The position numbers and the translations under genes are program-made. Below the pieces are notes generated by a model. It did not search any database and was not told where the DNA came from. It saw only the letters and a program-made list of their open reading frames with translations. This document shows, one piece after another, positions 1 through 8,003 of a stretch of 57,787 bases of DNA (positions are counted from its first letter, which is position 1; every line of letters starts with the position of its first letter). The DNA is from Candidatus Aminicenantes bacterium (GTDB taxonomy: Bacteria > Acidobacteriota > Aminicenantia > UBA2199): contig JAFGST010000027.1 of assembly GCA_016934475.1 (NCBI GenBank), forward strand, positions 1 to 57,787, read 5' to 3'.

Positions 1-72
1 GGGCGGTAGAGGGCTTGAACCTCTGACACCCGGCGTGTAAAACCGATGCTCTACCAGCTGAGCTAACCGCCC
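1..72 (-). tRNA. tRNA-Val (anticodon TAC); discriminator/CCA end lies beyond the window edge
   Basis: Reverse complement GGGCGGTTAGCTCAGCTGGTAGAGCATCGGTTTTACACGCCGGGTGTCAGAGGTTCAAGCCCTCTACCGCCC folds as a cloverleaf. It has acceptor GGGCGGT/ACCGCCC, D arm GCTC-AGCTGGTA-GAGC, anticodon stem TCGGT/GCCGG with loop TTTACAC, and T arm AGAGG-TTCAAGC-CCTCT. Confidence 0.85.
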
Positions 73-144
73 AACCCAAGCCCATTTGTACACCAAATCC
101 GCCGTCCTGTCAAGTGAAAGCGGTGAAAGCGGGGCGGGTCGGCC

Positions 145-873
145 TCAGTCGTCCAGGTCGATGGAGCCCTTGGTCTTTTCCTTGCGCTTGCTCTCCATCT
201 TGTCCCACTTCTTCATGCAGCTGTGGTCCTTGCCCTTGGCCAGCGAGCATTCCAGGTACTCGGCGATATAGACGATGCAGGCGCGGATCGCCTTGCCGGT
301 CGGCGTCTTCTCGTAGCCGCCGCCGCCGATCGAGAAGTTCCTCATGCTCAGGCCGGCGCCCAGGGCCTGGCCCTTGGCCGTGGCCTCGATGGTGCGCGCA
401 TCGACGATCTCGCCGGTCTCGGTGTCGATGACCTTCAGGTCCACGGCCAGGTAGGCCTTGTCCTTCTTGCCGCCCAGGCTGACCGGCCCCACCCGCACTC
501 CGGCTCCGGCGCCCTTGGTGCCTTCCTCGTAGGCCGAGACCGTGCCGGCGACCAGGTACTGGGCGCCCTTCAGCCTCTTCATCTTCACCTTGGTGCTGGA
601 GCTGACGCGGCCCGAGGCGCTCAGGTCCTGCTCACCGAGAACGGCGTCGATCTCCTTCCGTTCCAGCACGCTGAAAGCCTTTGTGCTCACCAGCTCGGAG
701 GCCAGCATGTCCTGCAGCTCCGTGCCCACCGAGCCGCGCCACCAGCCGGCGGCCGTGTGGTTCGTGAAACGCAGCACGCCGAGGCGGATCATATCGTCAT
801 CGGCCGCCATGGGCTGAGCCACGAATGCGAGCAAGAGCGAAACCGTCAATAAGGTCAAGGCGATCTTTTTCAT
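145..873 (-). CDS. CsgG-family secretion-channel-like protein (signal peptide, no lipobox Cys, Lys/Cys-rich C-terminal tail)
   Basis: 242-aa ORF with signal peptide MKKIALTLLTVSLLLAFVAQPMA. The core matches the CsgG pattern (IRLGVLRFTN, GTELQDMLASELV, FSVLERKEIDAVLGEQDL, GAQYLVAGTVS, AYLAVDLKVIDTETGEIV). A ggagg SD precedes the ATG. Confidence 0.8.
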   Translation of the reverse strand: MKKIALTLLTVSLLLAFVAQPMAADDDMIRLGVLRFTNHTAAGWWRGSVGTELQDMLASELVSTKAFSVLERKEIDAVLGEQDLSASGRVSSSTKVKMKRLKGAQYLVAGTVSAYEEGTKGAGAGVRVGPVSLGGKKDKAYLAVDLKVIDTETGEIVDARTIEATAKGQALGAGLSMRNFSIGGGGYEKTPTGKAIRACIVYIAEYLECSLAKGKDHSCMKKWDKMESKRKEKTKGSIDLDD

Positions 874-911
874 GGTTCCTCCTAAAATGTTTATTGTATA
901 TTACATGGTTG

Positions 912-2048
912 TCAGGATAAATTCAACTCCCGGCGGCGGGTGGGGCCAGCCGCGGCGCGCGACAGTCTGTTGATCCGGCAGGTCCATTCGGGGATCACGG
1001 CCGGGATGCCGGTGGCCAGGGCGGCCGCCGCCGGGCATACCGAACAGTTTTCCAGGTTGGCGCACAGGCTGCACAGATTCCCCTTCTCGGTGAAAAAATA
1101 GTCCTGGCGCAACTCGGCGTAATTGGCCGCGACGGCGTTGAATCCCTTCGCCGGCAGGGACATGAATTCCTCCAGCGCGCCGAAGCAGAATTGCGCATAG
1201 TCGGGAGCGTGAGGATCGTTCCCCAGCAGGGTGTGGAACATCTCGCAACCCCAGACGGTGCGGTCGGGGAGAAGTGCCAGGCGGTCGCGCCCGCCGAAGC
1301 AGGCAAACACCCCGCTCCTGCCGTTCTCCTTAAAGTTTTCCAGGGGCACCTTTCCGGTCCTTCGCCGGTGCTCGGCGAAGATCGCCAGCAGCCGGCAAAG
1401 CTGCTTCTCGAGTGCGGCCAGGTCTGCTTTTCCCCAAGGCGCGCTCGTGTCCAGGGCGTACTGCAGGCGCGCGTGGCCCTGGCCCATGAGTCTTCTCATG
1501 CTGGCGGCCAGCAGCGGCACGGTCCGCGGCGTGAAGACGCTGTGAACCGTATAGCCTTCGGGATACAGCTCCTTCAGCCCGGCCAGCGCGCGCTCGACGG
1601 CGGCCACGCTGCCCGGGTCGCGGTACTTTTGCGCCAGGCCGTCGTAGCTCAAGACCAGGGCAAAGCGGTGCCTTTTCAGGAAAAGAATGAGCTCCTTTTT
1701 CAGCAGCGAACCGTTCGTCGTCAAGGTGAGGCGAAACCGGGTTCTCTGTTCCTTCTTTGTATAGGCAACCGTCTTTTCAATGAGCGGCCAGCTCGACAAC
1801 GGTTCGCCGCCGTAGAAACCGAGCCAGACCTCCCCGGCCAGCCGGGGATTCAGGAAATCCAGGAAGACGCGGATGTCCTTGAACGCCAAGGTGTTTTTTC
1901 CCGTGCGCTGCGGGCAGTAGGGGCAGGAGAAATTGCAGCGATCGCTCAGAACAAGGGTCAGGGAACGGATCTCCTGCATGGCGGGCAGATTGTAGCAAGG
2001 AGGATGCCCGGGCGCAAGCCGCCCGCGGGGCGCGTTGTTATTCTTCAT
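912..2048 (-). CDS. Radical SAM protein with SPASM-like C-terminal Cys-rich domain (peptide/protein-modifying maturase class)
   Basis: 378-aa ORF with CNFSCPYC (CX3CX2C), GGEPL, and C-terminal CSLCANLENCSVC plus flanking Cys residues. Its stop is 38 nt upstream of the CsgG-like gene on the same strand. An alternative start exists at 1979 (MQEIRS). Confidence 0.8.
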   Translation of the reverse strand: MKNNNAPRGRLAPGHPPCYNLPAMQEIRSLTLVLSDRCNFSCPYCPQRTGKNTLAFKDIRVFLDFLNPRLAGEVWLGFYGGEPLSSWPLIEKTVAYTKKEQRTRFRLTLTTNGSLLKKELILFLKRHRFALVLSYDGLAQKYRDPGSVAAVERALAGLKELYPEGYTVHSVFTPRTVPLLAASMRRLMGQGHARLQYALDTSAPWGKADLAALEKQLCRLLAIFAEHRRRTGKVPLENFKENGRSGVFACFGGRDRLALLPDRTVWGCEMFHTLLGNDPHAPDYAQFCFGALEEFMSLPAKGFNAVAANYAELRQDYFFTEKGNLCSLCANLENCSVCPAAAALATGIPAVIPEWTCRINRLSRAAAGPTRRRELNLS

Positions 2049-2091
2049 CGGGTGCAGTACAATGGGGGCAACTCAACATGGGAGATGAAGT

Positions 2092-2295
2092 ATGGATATC
2101 AAAAAAGCAAATGTCAACCTGCTCCTGGGCAAGATCAGGATCTATCTTGACTCTCAGCCGCAATCAAGGAAAAAGGGAAAGCGATTTATCGAAGCCGACA
2201 AGGCGCTGGCCAGGCTGGAAAAGATGTTCGCTGACAAGGAGGGCCAGCTGCAGCTAGTGGCCTGCCGCGGCGATCAGCATGTAATCAAGGGCTGA
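2092..2295 (+). CDS. Small hypothetical protein (67 aa), basic, helical-looking
   Basis: ATG is preceded by GGAG at 2081-2084 (7-nt spacer). Codon usage is plausible. It lies 33 nt upstream of the sensor kinase and divergent from the radical SAM gene. I recognise no family. Confidence 0.35.
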   Translation: MDIKKANVNLLLGKIRIYLDSQPQSRKKGKRFIEADKALARLEKMFADKEGQLQLVACRGDQHVIKG

Positions 2296-2328
2296 TTCGC
2301 GAACAAAGCCGATTCCATCCAGACGAAA

Positions 2329-5300
2329 TTGCCAAAGAGGATTGCGTTTCTTCTCTCTTTCTGCTGTTTCGCGGGATCTCTTCGGGGATTGGATCCGCAA
2401 AAGCAAGTAACGCAATACACGCTGAATACCTGGAAGACGGAACGGGGCCTGCCGAACAACACGATCTTGGCGATTGCCCAAGACCGTGCCGGCTATTTGT
2501 GGCTGGGCACGGCCGAGGGGCTGGTGCGTTTTGATGGAGTGAATTTCACCGCCTTCACCAGCAGCAACACCGCCGGGTTTCGCCATCATTTCGTGGGCAA
2601 TCTCCATGTCGACCGCCGGGGAGCCCTGTGGATCGGGACGCAAAAGGGGCAATTGCTGAGTTGGGAGCGGGGAGAGATGAAGCACCATCCTCTTGAACCG
2701 CAGGCGTCCGGCATGTCGTATAATTGCCTGGCCGAGGATGGAGCGGGGACTCTTTGGATCGGGACCTACGCCGGGTTGTTCTACCGCCCCGCCGGCCACG
2801 ACAGCCCGATCCAGCCCCATCGTGGATTTTCCGGGACCAAGATCTTTTGCCTGGCGACCGATCGTTCGGGCCGTTTGCTGGTCAGCACCATCCACAAGGG
2901 CTTGTATCGCTTGGAAAAAGAACGGGCGCGGAGGATCCTGCTCGACGGCGATTCCCTGGGCGATGACATCGATGTGATCCGAGAGGATTACGAAGGATCG
3001 TTGTGGCTGGGAACGATCAGCGGATTGTATCGTTTGCAGAACGGACGCCTGTTCCGTTATCCCCTGCAACCGGGGATGACCGACCACATCATGGCCCTTG
3101 TCGAGGATCGCGACGGCAACCTGTGGGTGGGTACCGAGGGAGGCCTGTGTCGTCTGCACCGGGGCGTCGGTCAATACCTGGACGCCACCCGGGGCCTGAG
3201 CGGCAATTATGTCTATGCCCTTCACGAGGACACCGAGGGCTCGCTGTGGGCGGGAATCGTCGACGGAGGGCTCGTCCAGATCCGCGATGAAAAGATCACG
3301 ACGTTCACGGATCGCGAGGGGCTGAAGGGCGAAGTGTTCCGCAGCGTGCACGGGGATGGAGGCGGGGGCTTGTGGATCGGCGGCTACGGCGGGCACCTAA
3401 GCCGTTTTCTGGGAAATCGCTTCGAGAATTTCGCCCTGCCGGCCCGTTTCCGCAATGAAAGCGTTTGGTCGCTGGCCGCCGACGGCGACGGCCGCTTCTG
3501 GCTGGGAACGTCCCGTGGATTGGTCCGTTGCCAGGACGGCCTCTTTGAGGAATTCCCCATGCCCCCTCCGGCGGCAAGGATGGAAACGCGTTGCGTTCTC
3601 AAGGATCGTTCGAACCGCTTGTGGATCGGGACCTACGGAGCCGGATTGTTTTGCCGGCACCGGGGAACGATCCAAAGGATTTCCATGACGGACGGCCTGC
3701 GCGACGACCGCATCACCTGCCTTTTTAGCGACCGGGCGGGGACCGTGTGGATCGGAAGCGAATCGGGATTGAATTCCCTTGTCGCGGGGGCATTGGGAGC
3801 GATGGTCGTCGAACCGCCGTTGAACGGGTGCCGGGTGGAATCCATGTACGAGGACGACCACGGGGTCCTGTGGGTCGGCACGCGCAATCACGGGCTGATG
3901 GTCAAGAGAGGCGGGCGCTGGGGCTCGCTGTCCAGCGAGCGGGGCCTGTTCGACAACCGGATCTACACGATCATCGAGGATGGGCTGGGATATGTCTGGA
4001 TGAGCAGCGAACGCGGCATCTTTCGCGCCCGGAGAATCGATCTGGAAAAGGCGGCCCTGGACCCATCGCTCCACGTGCGCGGGCGGCTGTTCGACGAGAA
4101 CGACGGGCTGAAGAGCCGCATTTGCAACAACGGCCACCCGGCGGCCTGGAAGACCGCCGACGGCCGCCTGTGGTTCGCCACCGTGAAGGGCCTGGCGGTC
4201 GTCGATCCCGCCCGCCTGCAGCCGAACCCGCAGGCGCCGCGGATCCGGCTGGAGGAGGTCGTGATCGACCACCGGCGCTTGAACTCCTCGGGCGATTCCA
4301 CCGCGTCGCCGGTGAAGCTGGCGGCCGGCAGCCGACGGTTCGAGTTCAAATACACGGCCCTGAGCTTCGTCCATTCCGACAAGATCGAGTTCAAATACAA
4401 GCTGGACGGCTACGACGGCGAATGGATCCCGGCCGGCAACCGCCGCCAGGCCTTTTACAACAACCTGCGCCCGGGCCGCTACCGCTTCCGCGTCATCGCC
4501 GCCAACGCCGACGGCGTCTGGAACAGCGCCGGCGCCTCCTTCGCCTTCACCCTGCGTCCCTTCGTCTATCAGACCGGGTGGTTCCTCGCCCTGGCCGCCC
4601 TGGCCTTCGCGGCGCTGTCGGGAGGGGCCTGGCAGCTGCTGAGGAAGTACCTGCGCGCCGTCAGCTTCGTGAAAAAAAAGACCCACATCGGCCACTTCAA
4701 GATCCTGGAAACCATCGGCAGCGGAGGCATGGCCACGATCTACAAGGCCCAGGACATGCTGGACAAGAGGCGCGTCGTGGCCCTGAAGGTCCTGAGCGAC
4801 GAGAACTTCGCCAACGAAGCCCAGCGCAAACGTTTCAAGCACGAATCGTTGATCACCGAGCAGCTGGACCATCCCCATGTCGTCCACATCTTCGAACGCG
4901 GCGAGATGGCCGAGTGCTGCTACATCGCCATGGAGCTGCTGCCCGGCGTTTCGCTGGCCCGGCTCATCAGGGAGGGGGGCCGTCTAAGGCCGGGCGCTGC
5001 CCTGGATATCATGCGCCAGATCGTCGACGCCCTGAGCGCCATCCATGCCAAGGAGATCGTCCACCGCGACCTCAAGCCCGAGAACATCATGGTCTGCGAG
5101 CGCGAGGGGCGGCGCCATTTCGTCAAGCTGCTCGACTTCGGCCTGGCCATCACCCCGGCCCAGTCGCGGCTGACGGTGTCGGGGGTGGTCATGGGCACCA
5201 TCCGCTACCTGCCCCCGGAAAGGATTCTCGACGGGGTCTCCTCTCGGGCCGGCGACATCTATTCGGCGGGCATCATACTCTACGAGATGGTGACCGGTTC

Positions 5301-5547
5301 CAAGCCCTTCTGGTCGGAGGCCACCGGCGAGGTGATCCATCGCATCCTGGAGACCGATCCGCTGCCGGCCCGCGAAATCGACCCCGGCATTCCCCGCGAG
5401 CTGGAGGCGCTGATCCAGGCCATGATCGCCAAGGATCCCGAGCGACGGCCGCGCCTGGAGACGATTGCGGATGAGCTGCAGCGGCTGACAGACCGGTTTG
5501 CGCCGGACGGCCGGGAGAGGGAAAAGGAGCGTCGCGAACGGCAATGA
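2329..5547 (+). CDS. Sensor Ser/Thr protein kinase: two-component-regulator propeller repeats + Y_Y_Y-like domain + TM + Hanks kinase domain
   Basis: 1072-aa ORF (TTG at 2329). It has a signal-like N-terminus and many LWIGT/LWVGT/GL propeller-type repeats over about 700 aa. An Ig-like segment (FEFKYTALSF, IEFKYKLDGYDGEW) and a TM (WFLALAALAFAALSGGAW) follow. Kinase motifs are GSGGMATIYKA, VALK, HRDLKPENIMV, DFG and PPE. Confidence 0.85.
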   Translation: MPKRIAFLLSFCCFAGSLRGLDPQKQVTQYTLNTWKTERGLPNNTILAIAQDRAGYLWLGTAEGLVRFDGVNFTAFTSSNTAGFRHHFVGNLHVDRRGALWIGTQKGQLLSWERGEMKHHPLEPQASGMSYNCLAEDGAGTLWIGTYAGLFYRPAGHDSPIQPHRGFSGTKIFCLATDRSGRLLVSTIHKGLYRLEKERARRILLDGDSLGDDIDVIREDYEGSLWLGTISGLYRLQNGRLFRYPLQPGMTDHIMALVEDRDGNLWVGTEGGLCRLHRGVGQYLDATRGLSGNYVYALHEDTEGSLWAGIVDGGLVQIRDEKITTFTDREGLKGEVFRSVHGDGGGGLWIGGYGGHLSRFLGNRFENFALPARFRNESVWSLAADGDGRFWLGTSRGLVRCQDGLFEEFPMPPPAARMETRCVLKDRSNRLWIGTYGAGLFCRHRGTIQRISMTDGLRDDRITCLFSDRAGTVWIGSESGLNSLVAGALGAMVVEPPLNGCRVESMYEDDHGVLWVGTRNHGLMVKRGGRWGSLSSERGLFDNRIYTIIEDGLGYVWMSSERGIFRARRIDLEKAALDPSLHVRGRLFDENDGLKSRICNNGHPAAWKTADGRLWFATVKGLAVVDPARLQPNPQAPRIRLEEVVIDHRRLNSSGDSTASPVKLAAGSRRFEFKYTALSFVHSDKIEFKYKLDGYDGEWIPAGNRRQAFYNNLRPGRYRFRVIAANADGVWNSAGASFAFTLRPFVYQTGWFLALAALAFAALSGGAWQLLRKYLRAVSFVKKKTHIGHFKILETIGSGGMATIYKAQDMLDKRRVVALKVLSDENFANEAQRKRFKHESLITEQLDHPHVVHIFERGEMAECCYIAMELLPGVSLARLIREGGRLRPGAALDIMRQIVDALSAIHAKEIVHRDLKPENIMVCEREGRRHFVKLLDFGLAITPAQSRLTVSGVVMGTIRYLPPERILDGVSSRAGDIYSAGIILYEMVTGSKPFWSEATGEVIHRILETDPLPAREIDPGIPRELEALIQAMIAKDPERRPRLETIADELQRLTDRFAPDGREREKERRERQ

Positions 5548-5548
5548 A

Positions 5549-5577
5549 CCGCGGGAGCCGGTGACCGGCTCCCGCGG
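5549..5577. terminator. Perfect GC hairpin between convergent genes (possible bidirectional terminator)
   Basis: CCGCGGGAGCCGG-tga-CCGGCTCCCGCGG, a 13-bp stem with 3-nt loop, starts 2 nt after the kinase stop. No clear U-tract follows, so the terminator function is inferred. Confidence 0.4.
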
Positions 5578-5619
5578 CCATTGTGTATGGGGGGAGGGGA
5601 TTAAAAAAGACCGCTTTTT

Positions 5620-6306
5620 CTAATTGCCGTCGTCCCGGGGCTCAATCTTCAGTATGATATACCGGTTGGACGAGACCTTGTTGGTGACCGGATTGATCAA
5701 TTCGTACTTGCGCAGCAGGAAGTCGTATTCCTTCTCGCCTCCGGGGCCGTCGATTTTTACGATGGCCTTCGTCGTCACCATTTGCCCGGCCAGCAATTCC
5801 TGATTCTGATCGATGTTGGTCGAGAGGGTGACCATTTTCTTCTCATGCTCCACCTGGTTCTTGATCTGGGTGTAATTGGCCTGGTCGCGCTTGTAGTTGG
5901 CGGTCTCGGTTTCGACCTCCATCTCCATCTCGGTGACCTGCTTTTGCAGCTCGGCCTTGGCCCTGCTGCCGCGGGTCTCGCTCAGCTTGGTCTTCAGCTG
6001 GTCCAGAGCGTCCTTCTTGTCCCTGACCAGGAGGATCTGGTTGTCCTTGGTTTTCTTGGCCGCGGCCAGGTCCTGGATCATCTTGGGCAGGATGACGTCC
6101 TCGCGAACCGGTTCTTCACTGGATATCAATTCCCAGGACTTGAACTCCAGGGCGACCGGCTCGGAGGCCATGGCCGCCATGGTGTCGCGGTCCTTGGCCT
6201 TCATGGCCTGGAAATATTTGGAGAGCGTGATCTCCTCGGGCTTCTGACAGGAAGTGGTGATCATGACCAACAGGATTAATGCGGCCCATACCATTACTTT
6301 TTTCAT
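5620..6306 (-). CDS. Probable lipoprotein with central coiled-coil segment, unknown function
   Basis: 228-aa ORF. N-terminus MKKVMVWAALILLVMITTSC is signal peptide plus Cys. The middle is Lys/Glu/Gln-rich, and aggagg precedes the ATG. Confidence 0.7.
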   Translation of the reverse strand: MKKVMVWAALILLVMITTSCQKPEEITLSKYFQAMKAKDRDTMAAMASEPVALEFKSWELISSEEPVREDVILPKMIQDLAAAKKTKDNQILLVRDKKDALDQLKTKLSETRGSRAKAELQKQVTEMEMEVETETANYKRDQANYTQIKNQVEHEKKMVTLSTNIDQNQELLAGQMVTTKAIVKIDGPGGEKEYDFLLRKYELINPVTNKVSSNRYIILKIEPRDDGN

Positions 6307-6495
6307 GCAATCCTCCTACGTTTATAATGAATGAATTGTTGCCTTGAACGCGGCCGCCGCGGCCGTGCTGCTTTCTTTCCGGTCCACTTTTCGCTTTGTC
6401 ATCCATGCCGATTATATGGAAAAAAAAAAGCAAAATCAAGACGGTGCGGCAAATAATTCTAAAAACGGGGAATTTCCTTCGCGGCGCAACGCGGC

Positions 6496-7437
6496 TTAGT
6501 ATTGGCCGTCCAGGATGAAGCTCATGGGATTCAGCGGTTTCTCGAAAAAGCGGACCTCGTAATGCAGGTGAGGGCCGTTGCTCCTCCCCGTCGTGCCGAC
6601 ATAGCCGATGACGTCATAGCGCTTGATTCGCTGGCCTTCCTTGACGTTGAAGCCGGAAAGGTGCCCATAGCGAGTGACGTATCCGAAGCCGTGGTCAATG
6701 ATGATCATTTTTCCGTAGTACTCACGGGTCTCGGCAACCAAGACCGTGCCGTCGGCCGGGGCGATCACCCGGTTGCCGAGCTGGGTGGCGATGTCGATGG
6801 CGTAGTGGAACTCGCGGCGGCCGGTGAAGGGATGGACGCGGGGCCCGAAGGTCCCGGATATGATGCCACGGGTGGGCCAGATGGCGGGAGTGGCCGCTAG
6901 CTGCAGCTTCTGCTGGTTGACGTATTTCTCGACCGTCTTGAGCGAATCCTCGATCTTGCGGGCCTTCTCACGGATGTCGGCGACCTTGGGCAAAGGGGTC
7001 TTCGGGGACAGGGAGGGGGAAGACGCCGCTTGGGAATCCAAAAGCCCCTCGCCGGGCAGGCTGGCGTCGGGGCCGCCGCTGCCCACTTCCCGGAGGGCCA
7101 TGGGCGAGGTCAGACCGGTGGCCACCATGATCCGCTCCTTGTAGGTTTCCATGCTCTCAAGACGCTTGTTGAGGATGTCGATGGTGGCCGTCAATTCGCT
7201 TATCTTTTGCCGCTTTTTGCCGGCATCGATCTCCAGGCGCTTCATCTTCTGCTTGTCCAAAGTTATGGTCAGGTAGTGGAACAGGATGAAGCCGAAAAAG
7301 AGGACCAGGAAAGAGGAAGCGAGGACGACGTTCCTGACCAGTCTGGACGAGAGGGAGAACTCCTTGTTGCTCGACGTGGCATCGGAGACGATGATGACCG
7401 AATAATTCCGGCCTTTCTTGGCGTTTTTCAATGACAT
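6496..7437 (-). CDS. Membrane-anchored M23 (LytM-type) metallopeptidase with coiled-coil linker (EnvC/NlpD-like architecture)
   Basis: 313-aa ORF with a TM (VVLASSFLVLFFGFILFHYL) and a coiled coil. M23 motifs are HYAIDIA, GYVTRYGHL and GPHLHYEVR. Confidence 0.85.
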   Translation of the reverse strand: MSLKNAKKGRNYSVIIVSDATSSNKEFSLSSRLVRNVVLASSFLVLFFGFILFHYLTITLDKQKMKRLEIDAGKKRQKISELTATIDILNKRLESMETYKERIMVATGLTSPMALREVGSGGPDASLPGEGLLDSQAASSPSLSPKTPLPKVADIREKARKIEDSLKTVEKYVNQQKLQLAATPAIWPTRGIISGTFGPRVHPFTGRREFHYAIDIATQLGNRVIAPADGTVLVAETREYYGKMIIIDHGFGYVTRYGHLSGFNVKEGQRIKRYDVIGYVGTTGRSNGPHLHYEVRFFEKPLNPMSFILDGQY

Positions 7438-7500
7438 ATTTTTATCCAGATCCGGTGATTGTATCGCGGCAGCAGGGATTTGTCAACCCTTGGGTTCCGC

Positions 7501-7893
7501 TCATGGGACGGCGATCTCCCTGATTTTGCCCGCGACTTCCTCCAGCGGCGTTCCGGGCGGAAATACCTCCCGGATGCCGATCCTCTTCAGCTCGGGCAGG
7601 TCGTCGCCGGGGATGATCCCGCCCAGGAACATCGGCGGCGGAGCGATGCCTTTCTCCCGGAAAACCGCCATGATCCGATTGCACAGCTGGAGGTGGGCCC
7701 CCGAGAGGATACTCAGGCCTATGATGGAAACGTCTTCCTGTACCGCCGTGTTGACGATCGTTTCCGGAGACTGCCTCAGGCCGGTGTAAATCACCTCCAT
7801 GCCGGCGTCCCGGAGGTACTTGGCCACGATCTTGGCGCCGCGGTCATGGCCGTCCAGACCGGGCTTGGCGATCAGGACCTTTATCCGTTGCAT
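7501..7893 (-). CDS. Cobalamin-binding domain protein (methylmalonyl-CoA mutase small/B12-binding subunit type)
   Basis: 130-aa ORF with [32 protein letters not shown] (DxHxxG B12 motif), SILSGAH and GGIIPGDD. Confidence 0.8.
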   Translation of the reverse strand: MQRIKVLIAKPGLDGHDRGAKIVAKYLRDAGMEVIYTGLRQSPETIVNTAVQEDVSIIGLSILSGAHLQLCNRIMAVFREKGIAPPPMFLGGIIPGDDLPELKRIGIREVFPPGTPLEEVAGKIREIAVP

Positions 7894-7939
7894 TATGGCG
7901 ATATTCTCGTTTAAAAAAATTAAAAAGTCAATAATTAAC

Positions 7940-7967
7940 TTGACATCGGCGATGAAAAAGTGATAAT
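7940..7967 (+). promoter_or_regulatory. Sigma70-like promoter for the response-regulator gene
   Basis: TTGACA (7940-7945), a 16-nt spacer, then TG-extended GATAAT (7962-7967), about 36 nt upstream of the ATG at 8004 in an AT-rich stretch. Confidence 0.45.
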
Positions 7968-8003
7968 GATGAGCATAGACGGGATAAGTTCAGGAGGACC
8001 AGA

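Noticed and set aside
1-2300. Genomic island integrated at tRNA-Val (accessory-looking rSAM/CsgG genes next to a tRNA).
   Set aside because: No integrase, no direct repeat of the tRNA 3' end and no clear compositional break are visible. The tRNA is at the window edge, so the other side cannot be examined.
7501-7893. Orphan B12-binding (methylmalonyl-CoA mutase small subunit-like) gene with no catalytic subunit nearby.
   Set aside because: Split mutases with unlinked subunits are common, so the partner is probably elsewhere in the genome. On its own this is not evidence of novelty.
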